64,000 nt of DNA, taken from positions 3,625 to 67,624 of the forward strand of contig JBECKW010000112.1 in the NCBI GenBank assembly GCA_040235505.1, given 5' to 3'. This DNA is from Desulfobacterales bacterium (GTDB lineage Bacteria > Desulfobacterota > Desulfobacteria > Desulfobacterales > JAFDDL01). Made by a program: the position numbers and the translations under genes. The notes beneath the pieces are model-generated. The model saw only the letters and a list, made by a program, of their open reading frames with translations, was not told the DNA's origin and made no database searches. This document shows, piece after piece, positions 45,902-55,788 of the stretch. Every line of letters begins with the position of its first letter. Position 1 is the first letter of the stretch.

Positions 45902-46097
45902 GTTACAGGTTGGCGGGTTCCAAGTTCCAGGTTAAAAAAGCAGGCGATGCTCCAGGTTGGCGCAGCGCCTGTTCGCGTGATAAGGCATACATTAAAAGCT
46001 CACCCCACTTCTGAACCCAAAATCTTAGAGCGCGCATTTCCTAAGATGCTTAGATGTCGCCGTTTAACCTGGAACGTGCAACCTGCAAACCTGAAAC
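45902..46097. repeat. Heptad-armed inverted-repeat element (CCAGGTT/CAAGTT words) overlapping the 3' end of the MscS-family ORF
   Basis: Left arm GTTACAGGTTGGCGGGTTCCAAGTTCCAGGTTAAA. Right arm TTTAACCTGGAACGTGCAACCTGCAAACCTGAAAC. About 35-bp arms with about 7 mismatches, 126-bp core. Confidence 0.75.
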
Positions 46098-47351
46098 TTT
46101 TTCTGTTGCCAGTTTCACAAGATCCGTCCCCGATGGGTACTGATAGACCTTCAGGTCGAACTCGCCGGCGATGGCCAGCAGATGGTCGAAAATGTCCGAC
46201 TGGATCGATTCATAATTGGCCCAGACCTTGTCTTTGCAAAACACGTAGATCTCCAGTGGAAGCCCGTGCTGGGTGGGGGCCAGTTGCCGGATCAGAAAGG
46301 TCATGTCGGTATTGATCATGGGATGGTTCTGAAGGTATGCGAAAACGTAGGCCCGGAATGTTCCGATATTGGTGAGCCGGCGGGCGTTTGCGCCGTCCCT
46401 GGTTTCGATGCCACGTTCGGCGTTGTGCGCTTCGATCTCCCGGTTTTTCCGCTGCATGTAATCTGCGATGTACCGGATTCTCGAAAACCGTTCGAGCATT
46501 TCCGGCGTACAGAAACGGATCGTATTCATGTCGATATAAACGGCCCGCTTGATGCGCCGCCCCTGTGATTCCTGCATGCCTCGCCAGTTTTTGAAAGAAT
46601 CGTTGATCAGAGCATAGGTCGGAATGGTGGTAATCGTCCTGTCGAAGTTGCGCACCTTCACCGTAGTGAGGGTGATGTCGATCACATCCCCGTCGGCGCC
46701 GTATTTGGGCATTTCGATCCAGTCCCCCTGTTTGAGCATCCGGTTTGAAATCAGCTGAATCCCTGCAACGAACCCCAGGATCGGGTCCTTGAAAATCAGC
46801 ATGAGCACGGCCGTCATAGCCCCCAGGCCGCTCAGCAAATACACCGGCGATCGATCCAGCACCACGGAAAGGGCCATGATCAGACCGGCGCACACCAGCA
46901 CGATCTTGAGCACCTGGGCAAATCCCTTGAGGGGAATCTCCCTGGAAACATCGAATCTCTGGTAAACGCCGTGAAAGAAATTAATCAATGCATCCAGGGC
47001 CAGAAGCACCACCACGATGAAATAGATACCAACGGCGCCGGAAGCGGCGGCGCTGACCCGGGGATAGGCACTCAGCACCAGCGGCAGAAAGAGCTGAAAA
47101 ACAATGGCCGGCACCAGCAGGGTCAGACGCATGAAAAACCGGCTCTCCTCCAGAAGATCGTCCCAGGTGGCCCGGGTGTGCCTGAAAATCCGGTGAACCA
47201 CCGTCGCCACGACCCGGCGGCTGATGAAAAAGGCGATAACCCCTGCCACCAGCACCAGAATGGTCAGAATGGTGCTGGCAAGGGCGCCGGTGATGCCCGC
47301 ATTGAGGTTGAATCCGGAAAGCCATGACCTCAGGAGTTCGAATAGGGACAT
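46050..47351 (-). CDS. Mechanosensitive ion channel (MscS) family protein
   Basis: 433 aa. N-terminal TM helices. Conserved beta-domain string GDWIEMPKYGADGDVIDITLTTVKVRNFDRTITTIPTYALI. RBS GGGAGG. Confidence 0.9.
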   Translation of the reverse strand: MSLFELLRSWLSGFNLNAGITGALASTILTILVLVAGVIAFFISRRVVATVVHRIFRHTRATWDDLLEESRFFMRLTLLVPAIVFQLFLPLVLSAYPRVSAAASGAVGIYFIVVVLLALDALINFFHGVYQRFDVSREIPLKGFAQVLKIVLVCAGLIMALSVVLDRSPVYLLSGLGAMTAVLMLIFKDPILGFVAGIQLISNRMLKQGDWIEMPKYGADGDVIDITLTTVKVRNFDRTITTIPTYALINDSFKNWRGMQESQGRRIKRAVYIDMNTIRFCTPEMLERFSRIRYIADYMQRKNREIEAHNAERGIETRDGANARRLTNIGTFRAYVFAYLQNHPMINTDMTFLIRQLAPTQHGLPLEIYVFCKDKVWANYESIQSDIFDHLLAIAGEFDLKVYQYPSGTDLVKLATEKVSGLQVARSRLNGDI

Positions 47352-47374
47352 GAACGCCTCCCTGTATAGATGAT

Positions 47375-47403
47375 GCCGAGAATCCTTTCAGCAGATTCTC
47401 GGC
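47375..47403 (-). other. 10-bp hairpin spanning the hypE stop codon
   Basis: GCCGAGAATC-9 nt-GATTCTCGGC. One arm encodes the HypE C-terminal PRIC. No U-tract. It is followed by the RBS of the MscS gene. Confidence 0.5.
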
Positions 47404-48428
47404 AGTTGATCCCCGGCCGGCATTGAAACGATGCGCGTGCCACCGATTCGGGTTCTCAGATGGACCTTGCCGGGGTGATCGGAGCGCACCTCTCCGATGA
47501 TTTGCGCTTCCACTCCCAGGGGATCGGAACGCAGGTCTGCAAGGATTTTTTCAGCCGCCGGCCTGGCCGCAAACGCCAGGAGTTTTCCCTCGTTTGCCAC
47601 ATACAGCGGATCGATCCCCAGAAGCTCGCACAACCCTGCCACCGCGGGTTTTATCGGCAGATTCTCTTCAAAAATATCGATGCCGACGTTCGAGCGTTCC
47701 GAAATTTCGCACAGCGCCGTCCCCACACCGCCCCGGGTGGGATCCCGAAGCACATGGATATCTTTACGGTTACCTTTATGGTTATCTTTGCCGGCTGCCA
47801 GCAGTTTCTGCGTCAGCCGGTGAAGCGGTGCCGTATCACTCGTAATGCCATGAGAAAAAGACAGCTTCTCCCGCTCGTTTAAGATGGTCATGCCGTGGTC
47901 CGCCATGGAGCCGCTTAAAATAACGACGTCCCCGGGCCGGGCCCCGTCGGCCGAAACATGAACATGATCCGGAATCCGTCCGATCCCCGATGTGTTGATG
48001 AATATCTTGTCCGCGGCCCCCCGGGGAACGACCTTTGTGTCCCCGGTGACAATCAGCACGCCGGCGGCTTTCGCCGCACGCTTCATGCTGGAAAGTATCC
48101 GGGACAAATCCGACATGTTAAATCCTTCTTCCATGATGAGCCCAACGCTCAGATAAAGCGGCAGAGCCCCGCACATGGCAAGATCGTTGACGGTGCCGTT
48201 TACCGCCAGGTCGCCGATATCTCCGCCCGGAAAGAAAATCGGGTCCACCACGAAAGAATCCGTGGAAAAGGCGAGCCGCACGCCGTCCACTTCCAGCGCG
48301 GCCCCGTCATCCAGTTTCGACAGAATGGGATTGTCGAAAGCAGGCAGCAGGAGCTTCGATATCAGTTCACCGGAAATTCTTCCACCGCTGCCATGGTCCA
48401 GACGGATTATATCGTTTTGGCCGGTCAT
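47388..48428 (-). CDS. hypE: Hydrogenase maturation protein HypE
   Basis: Start MTGQNDIIRLDHGSGG after GGAGGAAAG. AIR-synthase-like fold. C-terminal PRIC signature. Confidence 0.95.
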   Translation of the reverse strand: MTGQNDIIRLDHGSGGRISGELISKLLLPAFDNPILSKLDDGAALEVDGVRLAFSTDSFVVDPIFFPGGDIGDLAVNGTVNDLAMCGALPLYLSVGLIMEEGFNMSDLSRILSSMKRAAKAAGVLIVTGDTKVVPRGAADKIFINTSGIGRIPDHVHVSADGARPGDVVILSGSMADHGMTILNEREKLSFSHGITSDTAPLHRLTQKLLAAGKDNHKGNRKDIHVLRDPTRGGVGTALCEISERSNVGIDIFEENLPIKPAVAGLCELLGIDPLYVANEGKLLAFAARPAAEKILADLRSDPLGVEAQIIGEVRSDHPGKVHLRTRIGGTRIVSMPAGDQLPRIC

Positions 48429-48471
48429 TTCTTCTTTCCTCCGCTCTTCCGATCTTCTCAACGTCTCTCGT

Positions 48472-49566
48472 TCATGATGCCCCTCCATACCGGTGAAACG
48501 CAGCGCAGGTACCCTCACTCGAAACCATACAGGGGCCTACCGGCTTGACAGGTGTACAGGCGGTCCCGAACAGGGGACAGTCAGGCGGCGTAATTTTTCC
48601 GATCAACACCTCTCCGCATCGGCATCCGGCGGGGGATTCGGACGCAGGAACGCAAAGCGGCAATACCTTTCCGGCGTCAAACCCGGCGTATTCGGGTTTG
48701 AGTGCCAGACCGCTTTTGGGAATGACACCCAGCCCCCGCCACGGGGCATCGGTCACCTGAAACGTGTTTTCCAGAAGCATTTGGGCTGCCTGATTTCCCT
48801 TTTCGGAAACCGCGCGTTTGTATGCATTTTCAAGCCGGGCCTCTCCGGCTTCGATCTGGGACACCAGCATGCCGATGGCCTGAAGCAGGTCCACCGGCTC
48901 GAAGCCGGCTACTACGGCGGGACATCGACTCGTTTCCACAAACGGCCGATAAGCCCCGCTTCCGATGATAACCGAAACATGCCCCGGCAGCAGGAATCCG
49001 TCGATTCGAAGGTCGGGGTTTTTTGAAATGGCCGCAAGCGCCGGCGGAACCAGCTTATGGGCCGAGTAAATGAAAAAATTGGCAAGCCCCTCCTGCAGCG
49101 CCTGGGACACGGCCGCCGCCACAGTGGGGGCGGTGGTTTCAAAGCCGACCCCCAGAAAGACCACTTTGCGATCCGGGTTTTCCCGGGCCACGGCCAGCGC
49201 GTCCAGGGGGCTGTAAACCACACGGATATCCCGCCCTTCGGATTTGAGCTCCAGCAGAGACCCTTGGCTTCCGGGGACCCGCATGAGATCTCCGAAGGTC
49301 GCCACGGTGACTCCCTCCATCCGGGCAAGGGCCAGGAAGGCATCGATATCCCCCGGGTCCGTGACGCACACCGGACATCCGGGCCCGGAAACAAGGGAAA
49401 TCGTATCCGGGAGCAGGCTGCGGATGCCGCTTCGAAAAATCGAAACAGTGTGGGTGCCGCAGACCTCCATCAGCCGGATCTTTTTCCGGCTGATCTTTGC
49501 GATCCACCGGACAAGTTGCCCGGCAAGGGTGGGGTCCCGATAGCTATCCGATAGTTCTTTGCTCAT
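48472..49566 (-). CDS. hypD: Hydrogenase maturation protein HypD
   Basis: MSKELSDSYRDP...MEVCGTHT, GPGCPVCV, and C-terminal CxxxxxxC...C motifs. The track N-extension overlaps hypF. Confidence 0.95.
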   Translation of the reverse strand: MSKELSDSYRDPTLAGQLVRWIAKISRKKIRLMEVCGTHTVSIFRSGIRSLLPDTISLVSGPGCPVCVTDPGDIDAFLALARMEGVTVATFGDLMRVPGSQGSLLELKSEGRDIRVVYSPLDALAVARENPDRKVVFLGVGFETTAPTVAAAVSQALQEGLANFFIYSAHKLVPPALAAISKNPDLRIDGFLLPGHVSVIIGSGAYRPFVETSRCPAVVAGFEPVDLLQAIGMLVSQIEAGEARLENAYKRAVSEKGNQAAQMLLENTFQVTDAPWRGLGVIPKSGLALKPEYAGFDAGKVLPLCVPASESPAGCRCGEVLIGKITPPDCPLFGTACTPVKPVGPCMVSSEGTCAAFHRYGGAS

Positions 49567-49582
49567 TTTCCCATCCGCTTCC

Positions 49583-51883
49583 TTATCTTCTGCTTCCGGC
49601 CACCAGCGCCTGCCCCAGGCACAAACCGCCGTCATTGGCGGGAACCCGGCTGTGGGAATAGACCTTGAATCCATTTTTTGCCAGAGAGCGGCTGAGCCCG
49701 GAGAGAATCAGGGCATTCTGAAACACGCCGCCGCTCAGGACCGTATCCCGGATCCCCGTTTCCCTGCCGAGGACGACGCAAAGATCCGTGAAAAGATCGA
49801 TCACCGTAAGGTGAAACCGCCGGCTGATTTCCCGCCGAGGCGCGTCGGACATCACATCTTCGGTGACCGCGCGGATCAGGGGGCCGAGCCCCACATGCCG
49901 CACGGCGCCGGGCGTCCCATGGATGTCATAGGGATACCGGGGGCCCCCATTAAATAACCGGGTACCCGCCACCGCTTCGAGTTCCATGGCGGCCTGGCTT
50001 TCGAAGGTCACCCGCTGTCGAAGGCCCGTCAGGGCCGCCACACCGTCAAAGAGCCTGCCCAGGCTGGAGGTGAGGGGCGTATTTACCTTCCCGGATATCA
50101 TTTTTTCCGTCATTGCGACAGCCTCGGCATCGAGCATTCCAAGCATCGCCAGGTCGAGATCCCGAAACCCGCTGCCATAGGCATGGTGCAAATAACCCAG
50201 GGCCATCCGCCACGGTTCACGGACAGCGGCATCCCCTCCCGGCATCGGCACATAGTCGAGGTGGGCGGCACGGTGAAAACGGGTGGTATCGGCGACCAGC
50301 ACCTCTCCCCCCCACACGGCCCCGTCGCCGCCGTAACCGCTGCCGTCCAGGGCAAGACCGATCACCGGCCCCGTTAGATGGTGTTCGGCCATGCAGGCGG
50401 CCACATGGGCATGATGGTGCTGCACGGCGATTTTTTCAACCCCGAAGAGATGCTGCGCATACCGGGTGGTCTCGAAATCGGGATGAAGATCATGGGCAAC
50501 GCATTCCGGAGAAATTCCGAGGACATGCTTCATGTGATGGACGGTCTCTTCAAAAACGCGGAAAGTGTCCGCATCCGTCATGTCTCCGATGTGCTGACTC
50601 AAAAAGGCGTACTGCTGCCGGGTGAGGCAGATCGTGTTTTTGAGCTCTCCTCCCACGGCCAGCACCTGGGGCATCGCGTTTTTCAACCGAATCGGCGACG
50701 GGGCAAATCCCCTGGCACGACGCACCATTCGAGATCCTCCGCCCACATGCTGAACGACTGAATCATCGCAACGCTGATAAATCATCCGGTCATGGACCAG
50801 GAAGTAATCAGCAACTCCGGAAAGGGAGGCAAAGGCCCGGTCCGTGTCCTTTTCAACCGGACTTCCCACCGCATTTCCGCTGGTCATCACCAGGGCCGTG
50901 GTCCCTTCGGTCAGAAGATAATGCAGGGGTGTGTAGGGCAGCATGACGCCCGCACGCCGGTTTCCCGGGGCCACCGCTTCGGACAGAAGGCAGGGGGATT
51001 TTTTTTTGAGAAGTACAATGGGTTTCGTATGGGCCTGCAGCGTTTTCGCCTCACCGGGCGATACCATCGCATAGCGGGTGATTTCCGCAAGGGAGGGTGA
51101 CATGATCGCCAGGGGTTTGTCCGGGCGCTTTTTCCGGTCTCGAAGCCTTTTGACGGCGTCGTCGTTCAGTGCATCCACAGCCAGGTGAAAACCGCCGAGC
51201 CCCTTGATCGCCAAGATGTGGCCGGACTTCAGAAGATCCCGGGCTTCCAGAATCGGATCCGGGCCCGGTACGAGGCGCCGCCCCGCATCATAAAGGAAAA
51301 CCCTGGGGCCGCAGTCCGGGCAGGCGATGGGCTGCGCATGAAACCGGCGACTGGCGGGATCCTCGTACTCGGCCCGGCAGGCCTTGCACATGGGGAAGGC
51401 ATTCATCATGGTCAGCGGCCGGTCATAGGGAAGATCCTCGATGATGGAATACCGGGGACCGCAATGGGTACAAGTGATGAAGGGATATCGATAGCGCCGG
51501 TCCCGGGGATCACGAAGCTCCGAAAGACAATTGTCGCAGACCCCCACATCCGGTGGGATGAATGCCGCTTTTTCGAGATGGGAGACGCTCTCTCCGATTG
51601 AAAAGCCCGTGACACCTTCAGGAGAAACGGCCTTGCTCGAGATAGCGGTGATGTGTGAGAGCGGTGGCGGCTCTTTTTTCAGGATCTTGCAGAATATGTC
51701 GACGGCGGCCCGGGCTCCCTCGACATGGATTGCGACCCCTTCACTGGTATTCGATACCATCCCACCGAGATCCAGGCGGGTCGCCAGTTGAAACACAAAG
51801 GGCCTGAACCCGACGCCTTGGATCGTTCCACGTACAGACAGACATTTTGCGATATTCGGTGCCATGGGCACGCTCCGCTTCAA
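49583..51883 (-). CDS. hypF: Carbamoyltransferase HypF
   Basis: 766 aa. Acylphosphatase domain (GTIQGVGFRPFV). Two zinc-finger CxxC pairs (CDNC...CTHCGPRY; CKAC...CPDCGP). YrdC-like and Kae1-like domains. Confidence 0.95.
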   Translation of the reverse strand: MKRSVPMAPNIAKCLSVRGTIQGVGFRPFVFQLATRLDLGGMVSNTSEGVAIHVEGARAAVDIFCKILKKEPPPLSHITAISSKAVSPEGVTGFSIGESVSHLEKAAFIPPDVGVCDNCLSELRDPRDRRYRYPFITCTHCGPRYSIIEDLPYDRPLTMMNAFPMCKACRAEYEDPASRRFHAQPIACPDCGPRVFLYDAGRRLVPGPDPILEARDLLKSGHILAIKGLGGFHLAVDALNDDAVKRLRDRKKRPDKPLAIMSPSLAEITRYAMVSPGEAKTLQAHTKPIVLLKKKSPCLLSEAVAPGNRRAGVMLPYTPLHYLLTEGTTALVMTSGNAVGSPVEKDTDRAFASLSGVADYFLVHDRMIYQRCDDSVVQHVGGGSRMVRRARGFAPSPIRLKNAMPQVLAVGGELKNTICLTRQQYAFLSQHIGDMTDADTFRVFEETVHHMKHVLGISPECVAHDLHPDFETTRYAQHLFGVEKIAVQHHHAHVAACMAEHHLTGPVIGLALDGSGYGGDGAVWGGEVLVADTTRFHRAAHLDYVPMPGGDAAVREPWRMALGYLHHAYGSGFRDLDLAMLGMLDAEAVAMTEKMISGKVNTPLTSSLGRLFDGVAALTGLRQRVTFESQAAMELEAVAGTRLFNGGPRYPYDIHGTPGAVRHVGLGPLIRAVTEDVMSDAPRREISRRFHLTVIDLFTDLCVVLGRETGIRDTVLSGGVFQNALILSGLSRSLAKNGFKVYSHSRVPANDGGLCLGQALVAGSRR

Positions 51884-52125
51884 CGCGTTTTCTTCCCGGC
51901 CCCCTCATCGGAGATCGCCGCCGCCTCCCTGAGCAGCGACAGAGACTCCTTTGCGGCCGCTTCATCTAGAATCTGAATGGCAAATCCAGCATGAACAATC
52001 ACGTAATCACCCACCGATGCGTCGGAGACCAGTACCAGGCTTGCCTCCCGGCGAACGCCGTCCACGTCGACAACGGCCGTCTTCCGGTCAATGGAAACAA
52101 TTTTTGAAGGAATGGCGATGCACAT
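51880..52125 (-). CDS. hypC: Hydrogenase assembly chaperone HypC/HupF
   Basis: 81 aa. Starts MCIAIPSKIV (essential Cys2). 4-nt overlap with hypF. Confidence 0.9.
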   Translation of the reverse strand: MCIAIPSKIVSIDRKTAVVDVDGVRREASLVLVSDASVGDYVIVHAGFAIQILDEAAAKESLSLLREAAAISDEGAGKKTR

Positions 52126-52268
52126 GACAAAAAGTCCTTATGAGCCGTGGATGGCGAAAATCATACCAACAAAAAAGAAGGCCGTCGAGCCAATTTCAAT
52201 GGACTGGTTCAAAACATTTTGAGCTTGGCTCCGTCGAAAAATACTTCAATGAAAGAACCGGATGAGGA

Positions 52269-53039
52269 TTATTTCAATTTTTCCCGGGCATGGGACCGGA
52301 CCCATTCGAGCCAGGGTTCGAGCCCTTCTCCGGTCCTGGCCGATGTTTTAAAAACCGGCATGCCGGGATGGACTCGCAGGATATTGTCCTCGGCCAGTTT
52401 CACATCGTAGTCGAGGTGCGGCAGAAGATCGATTTTATTAAGCAGGGCCGCGTGGCACTCCCGGAACATGAGGGGGTACTTGATGGGTTTGTCTTCGCCC
52501 TCGGTGACGCTCAAAATCACCACCCGCCTGTCTTCGCCGATATCGAATTCCGCCGGGCAGACCAGGTTGCCGATGTTTTCCACGATAAGCAGGTCCACAT
52601 TTTCCAGGTTCAACTCCTCCAGGGCCTTTTCGATGACATGGGCGGCCAAGTGACAGTCGCCGCCGAATTCGTCGGTATTGATCTGCACCACGGGGGCCCC
52701 GCTCACGGCCAGACGGTCCGCATCCGCAGAGGTGCAGATATCGCCCACGATCACGGCGCAGCGGAATTCCGCCATCAAGAGCTTCAAGCTCTTCTCGAGG
52801 AGAGTGGTTTTACCGGAGCCGGGGGAACTCATCAGGTTGAGCACGAAGACCCGGTTTTCAGCGAAGCGTTTTCGGATTGCTGCCGCCATCATGTCGTTTG
52901 CTTCCAGCACGCGCCGTACGACCTTGACTTCACGCCCGCTGCCGGCATGGGTTTTCCGGGGAACGTCCACCGAAGGGCCTCCGTGGTGATCTGTTTTATG
53001 GTGATGCGCCCTGAAGACTTTGAAGCCGTTTTGAAACAT
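52269..53039 (-). CDS. hypB: Hydrogenase nickel-incorporation GTPase HypB
   Basis: Start MFQNGFKVFRAHHHKTDHHGG (His-rich). P-loop MSSPGSGKTTLL. The track ORF N-extension (to 53279) overlaps hypA out of frame. Confidence 0.9.
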   Translation of the reverse strand: MFQNGFKVFRAHHHKTDHHGGPSVDVPRKTHAGSGREVKVVRRVLEANDMMAAAIRKRFAENRVFVLNLMSSPGSGKTTLLEKSLKLLMAEFRCAVIVGDICTSADADRLAVSGAPVVQINTDEFGGDCHLAAHVIEKALEELNLENVDLLIVENIGNLVCPAEFDIGEDRRVVILSVTEGEDKPIKYPLMFRECHAALLNKIDLLPHLDYDVKLAEDNILRVHPGMPVFKTSARTGEGLEPWLEWVRSHAREKLK

Positions 53040-53040
53040 A

Positions 53041-53397
53041 TCAGGATTCCTCTTCCGACAATTCGATTGATTCGATATCCAGTTCGCGACCGGACAGCAG
53101 GCGGATGTCGCCGCTGCGGCAGGCAGGGCAGGTGAAATCCGGCGCTTCAATACTCCACTCGTTGCGGCACGCATTGCAATGCGCCCGAACCGGAACTTCC
53201 GTGATATGAAGACGGGAGCCCTCCAACGGCGTATCTCTGGTCGCCACCTCGAAGCAGAACCGCAGGCTGTCGGCGACAATGGCGGAGAGTTTGCCGATTT
53301 TCAGGTTGACGATTTCGATCCGGGACCCGGTCAGGTCGCTCGGGATCGAAGCCGCGGCAATTTCCACGATCTGCATGGCGATCCCCATTTCATGCAT
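53041..53397 (-). CDS. hypA: Hydrogenase nickel insertion protein HypA
   Basis: Starts MHEMGIAMQIVEIA (MHE Ni-binding N-terminus). Zn site CNAC...CPAC. Confidence 0.9.
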   Translation of the reverse strand: MHEMGIAMQIVEIAAASIPSDLTGSRIEIVNLKIGKLSAIVADSLRFCFEVATRDTPLEGSRLHITEVPVRAHCNACRNEWSIEAPDFTCPACRSGDIRLLSGRELDIESIELSEEES

Positions 53398-53498
53398 GGA
53401 AGTTATCGTCCCCCGGTTGTTAAAAGTCGAAAACGAGCTTTCTGTCGGTGCCGTATTTACTAGTATCTGCCGAAATGGCCGTTGGTTGTCAATCGATA

Positions 53499-53539
53499 AT
53501 ACCAAAGACCCGGAATAAATCCGGGCCGTTGGTATTTTT
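53499..53539 (+). other. Two-tier hairpin with T-run upstream of hypA
   Basis: ATACCAA-AGA-CCCGGA-ATAAA-TCCGGG-CCG-TTGGTAT followed by TTTT. It has terminator form only on the plus strand, where no gene precedes it. Confidence 0.4.
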
Positions 53540-53947
53540 ATGGCACCCGCACATTCCGTTTATTCAAATGAGGAGGTGCCCCCTAAGTACGCCTCCTTCA
53601 GTTAAAAAGCGTCCAGCGGCATCAAGAGCAACCCAAAACCCTAAAGCTAACACAGCATGATAACCTAAATATAGTTTGGCATAACAACCTAAAAACAACA
53701 AATGCATCCACATCTAATATTGCCATCTACCCGTAAAAAAAGTAAATAAAATAAGGGATTAAATACAAACTAATGGAAAAGAGGCAAAAGTCGAGTAGAC
53801 ATGGAGCTCTTCCCCTCAGCCCATCACAGAACCTTACGTGACAGTCGCCATACACTGGATGACCGTGCTGTTATGGCTTTATCTGTTCGGGAAAGAAATC
53901 TGTTGCTTTGTCGGACCGGCTGATTTTATTGAGCGAGCTATCTTGCA

Positions 53948-55264
53948 TCACCGATAAGGGAACATGCAGTCCGGCAAAAATGTGGTGATCACAGGTAGAA
54001 ATAAAATCAGTATAAGGCCGATAAACATGGTAATAAAAAAAGGCAAAACGCCCTTGAAGATTTGATGGATCGGTATTTCCTTGTTCATGCCGCCGATGGC
54101 GAAAACCACGATCCCGAACGGTGGGCTGATGGAGCCGAGCATCACCGTCAATACCGCCATGACACCAAAGTGAAGCGGATCGAAGCCAAGCGCTTTAACA
54201 ATGGGAAAGAAAATTGGAAGGGTAATTACCAGAATCGCGTAAATGTCCAACACAAAACCCGCCAGAAGGTAAATTAGCAGAATAATACCCATGACGACAT
54301 AACGATTGATTGCGAGCGTCGATACGAGGTTGGATAATGCGTTCGGTATCTGGGAGGAGGTCGTAAATGCGCCAAAGAACATGGCCCCGATGATCATCAG
54401 CATGATCATGGCGCTGACGAACATCGTTTCCCGCAGGGAATCGACAAAGGTTTTCCATTTCAGCTTCCGGTTTGCGATCCCGATGATCAAAACCACAAAC
54501 ACACCGCAGGAGGCACCTTCCGTGGGAGTGAATATTCCGAAGTAAATACCCCCCATGACCAGCAGGAACAAGACTGAAATAGCCCATAATCCTTTAATGC
54601 TCTTCCCTTTATCCTTCCAGCTGAATTTCGGTCCGGCAGGACCGAGTTCGGGATTGAACTTGCATTGAAGGTAGATTTGGATACACAACAAAACGGTCAG
54701 CAGCAGGCCCGGCAAAATACCGGCAATAAAAAGCGAAGCGATTGAAGTTTCCGTAAGAAAACCGTAAAGGATGAAAGCGCCACTGGGCGGGATCATGATG
54801 CCCAGATTGCCGCTGGCGGCGATGCAGCCAAGGGAGAACGAATCGGAATACTTGTACTTTCTCATTTCCGGCAACGCCACGGATCCCATGGTGGCTGCGG
54901 TTGCGATGTGATTGCCGCACACGGCGCCGAAGGCTGCACAGGCGCCGGTGCAGGCCATTGCCAGCCCGCCGGGGAGATGACCGACCCATCGGTAGAGGGA
55001 AGAAAAAGCATCCTTGCTGATTCCCCCGCGTGATGCCAGCATTCCCATCCACGTAAACAGCGGGATGACAATCAGAATATCGTTCAGCCCCTGCCGCCAT
55101 ACAATAATGCCGAGCCCCGATTGCGCCGCCGGAAACCCGCGAATCCAGGCAAAACCGAGAAAACCGGCCAGAAGCATGCTCACGCCGATGGGCATCCTTA
55201 AAAACATGAGGATGACCGCCAGGGCGGTCATCAGAAAGCCTATTTCAACGGGTGATATATTCAA
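53948..55264 (-). CDS. dctM: TRAP transporter large permease subunit
   Basis: 438 aa polytopic membrane protein. 4-nt overlap with the small subunit gene. Position after DctP/DctQ-type genes. Confidence 0.9.
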   Translation of the reverse strand: MNISPVEIGFLMTALAVILMFLRMPIGVSMLLAGFLGFAWIRGFPAAQSGLGIIVWRQGLNDILIVIPLFTWMGMLASRGGISKDAFSSLYRWVGHLPGGLAMACTGACAAFGAVCGNHIATAATMGSVALPEMRKYKYSDSFSLGCIAASGNLGIMIPPSGAFILYGFLTETSIASLFIAGILPGLLLTVLLCIQIYLQCKFNPELGPAGPKFSWKDKGKSIKGLWAISVLFLLVMGGIYFGIFTPTEGASCGVFVVLIIGIANRKLKWKTFVDSLRETMFVSAMIMLMIIGAMFFGAFTTSSQIPNALSNLVSTLAINRYVVMGIILLIYLLAGFVLDIYAILVITLPIFFPIVKALGFDPLHFGVMAVLTVMLGSISPPFGIVVFAIGGMNKEIPIHQIFKGVLPFFITMFIGLILILFLPVITTFLPDCMFPYR

Positions 55265-55785
55265 CGGTTATTCTCCATCATACTGCCCATCGCCGACAGG
55301 AAGTTGATAAAAAACGCCAGCGTCATCATCGCCATGCTCAGGGTAGATAGATACACGAAAGGATAAAGAGGGATCCCCAGTACCGAGGTTTCGGCGTTCA
55401 TTGTCTGAAGCCGAATGCCCTGCCTCATCAGCTGCCAGCATACAACGCCCAGTGTTGCTGTTGTCATAAACAGAATGCAGGCTTCGATGAATCGCCTTGG
55501 TTTTTCAGGCAGTCTGTTTACCAAAACTGTCAAATCCACATGGCGATCCATCAGCGCACACCAACCCATGGGTAGAAAGACTACCAGCGAAAAACCGATG
55601 GAGGTGATATCATGCGCGCCCAGGATGGGGGCATTGAACAGACGCCGCAGAAGCACGTCGGCAACCACTATAAGCATCAGGCCTGCAAGCACCGCAAGAC
55701 TGATATTGTTCAAAAAACGGCTCACGGGCGCAATGACCTTTTTCATGTTATTCGCCGTCCCTTTAAACATGTCGACCGCCTCCAT
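55261..55785 (-). CDS. dctQ: TRAP transporter small permease subunit
   Basis: About 170 aa with 4 TM helices. The likely true start is the second ATG (MFKGT, 55770), preceded by GGAGG. Confidence 0.8.
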   Translation of the reverse strand: MEAVDMFKGTANNMKKVIAPVSRFLNNISLAVLAGLMLIVVADVLLRRLFNAPILGAHDITSIGFSLVVFLPMGWCALMDRHVDLTVLVNRLPEKPRRFIEACILFMTTATLGVVCWQLMRQGIRLQTMNAETSVLGIPLYPFVYLSTLSMAMMTLAFFINFLSAMGSMMENNR

Positions 55786-55788
55786 TTT

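Noticed and set aside
52269-53279. Long form (336 aa) of the hypB ORF, and long forms of hypA, hypD and hypE in the track
   Set aside because: The N-terminal extensions overlap the preceding hyp gene out of frame and lack RBS. Internal ATGs with RBS give canonical N-termini (MHE.. for HypA, His-rich HypB, MSKEL.. for HypD, MTGQ.. for HypE).
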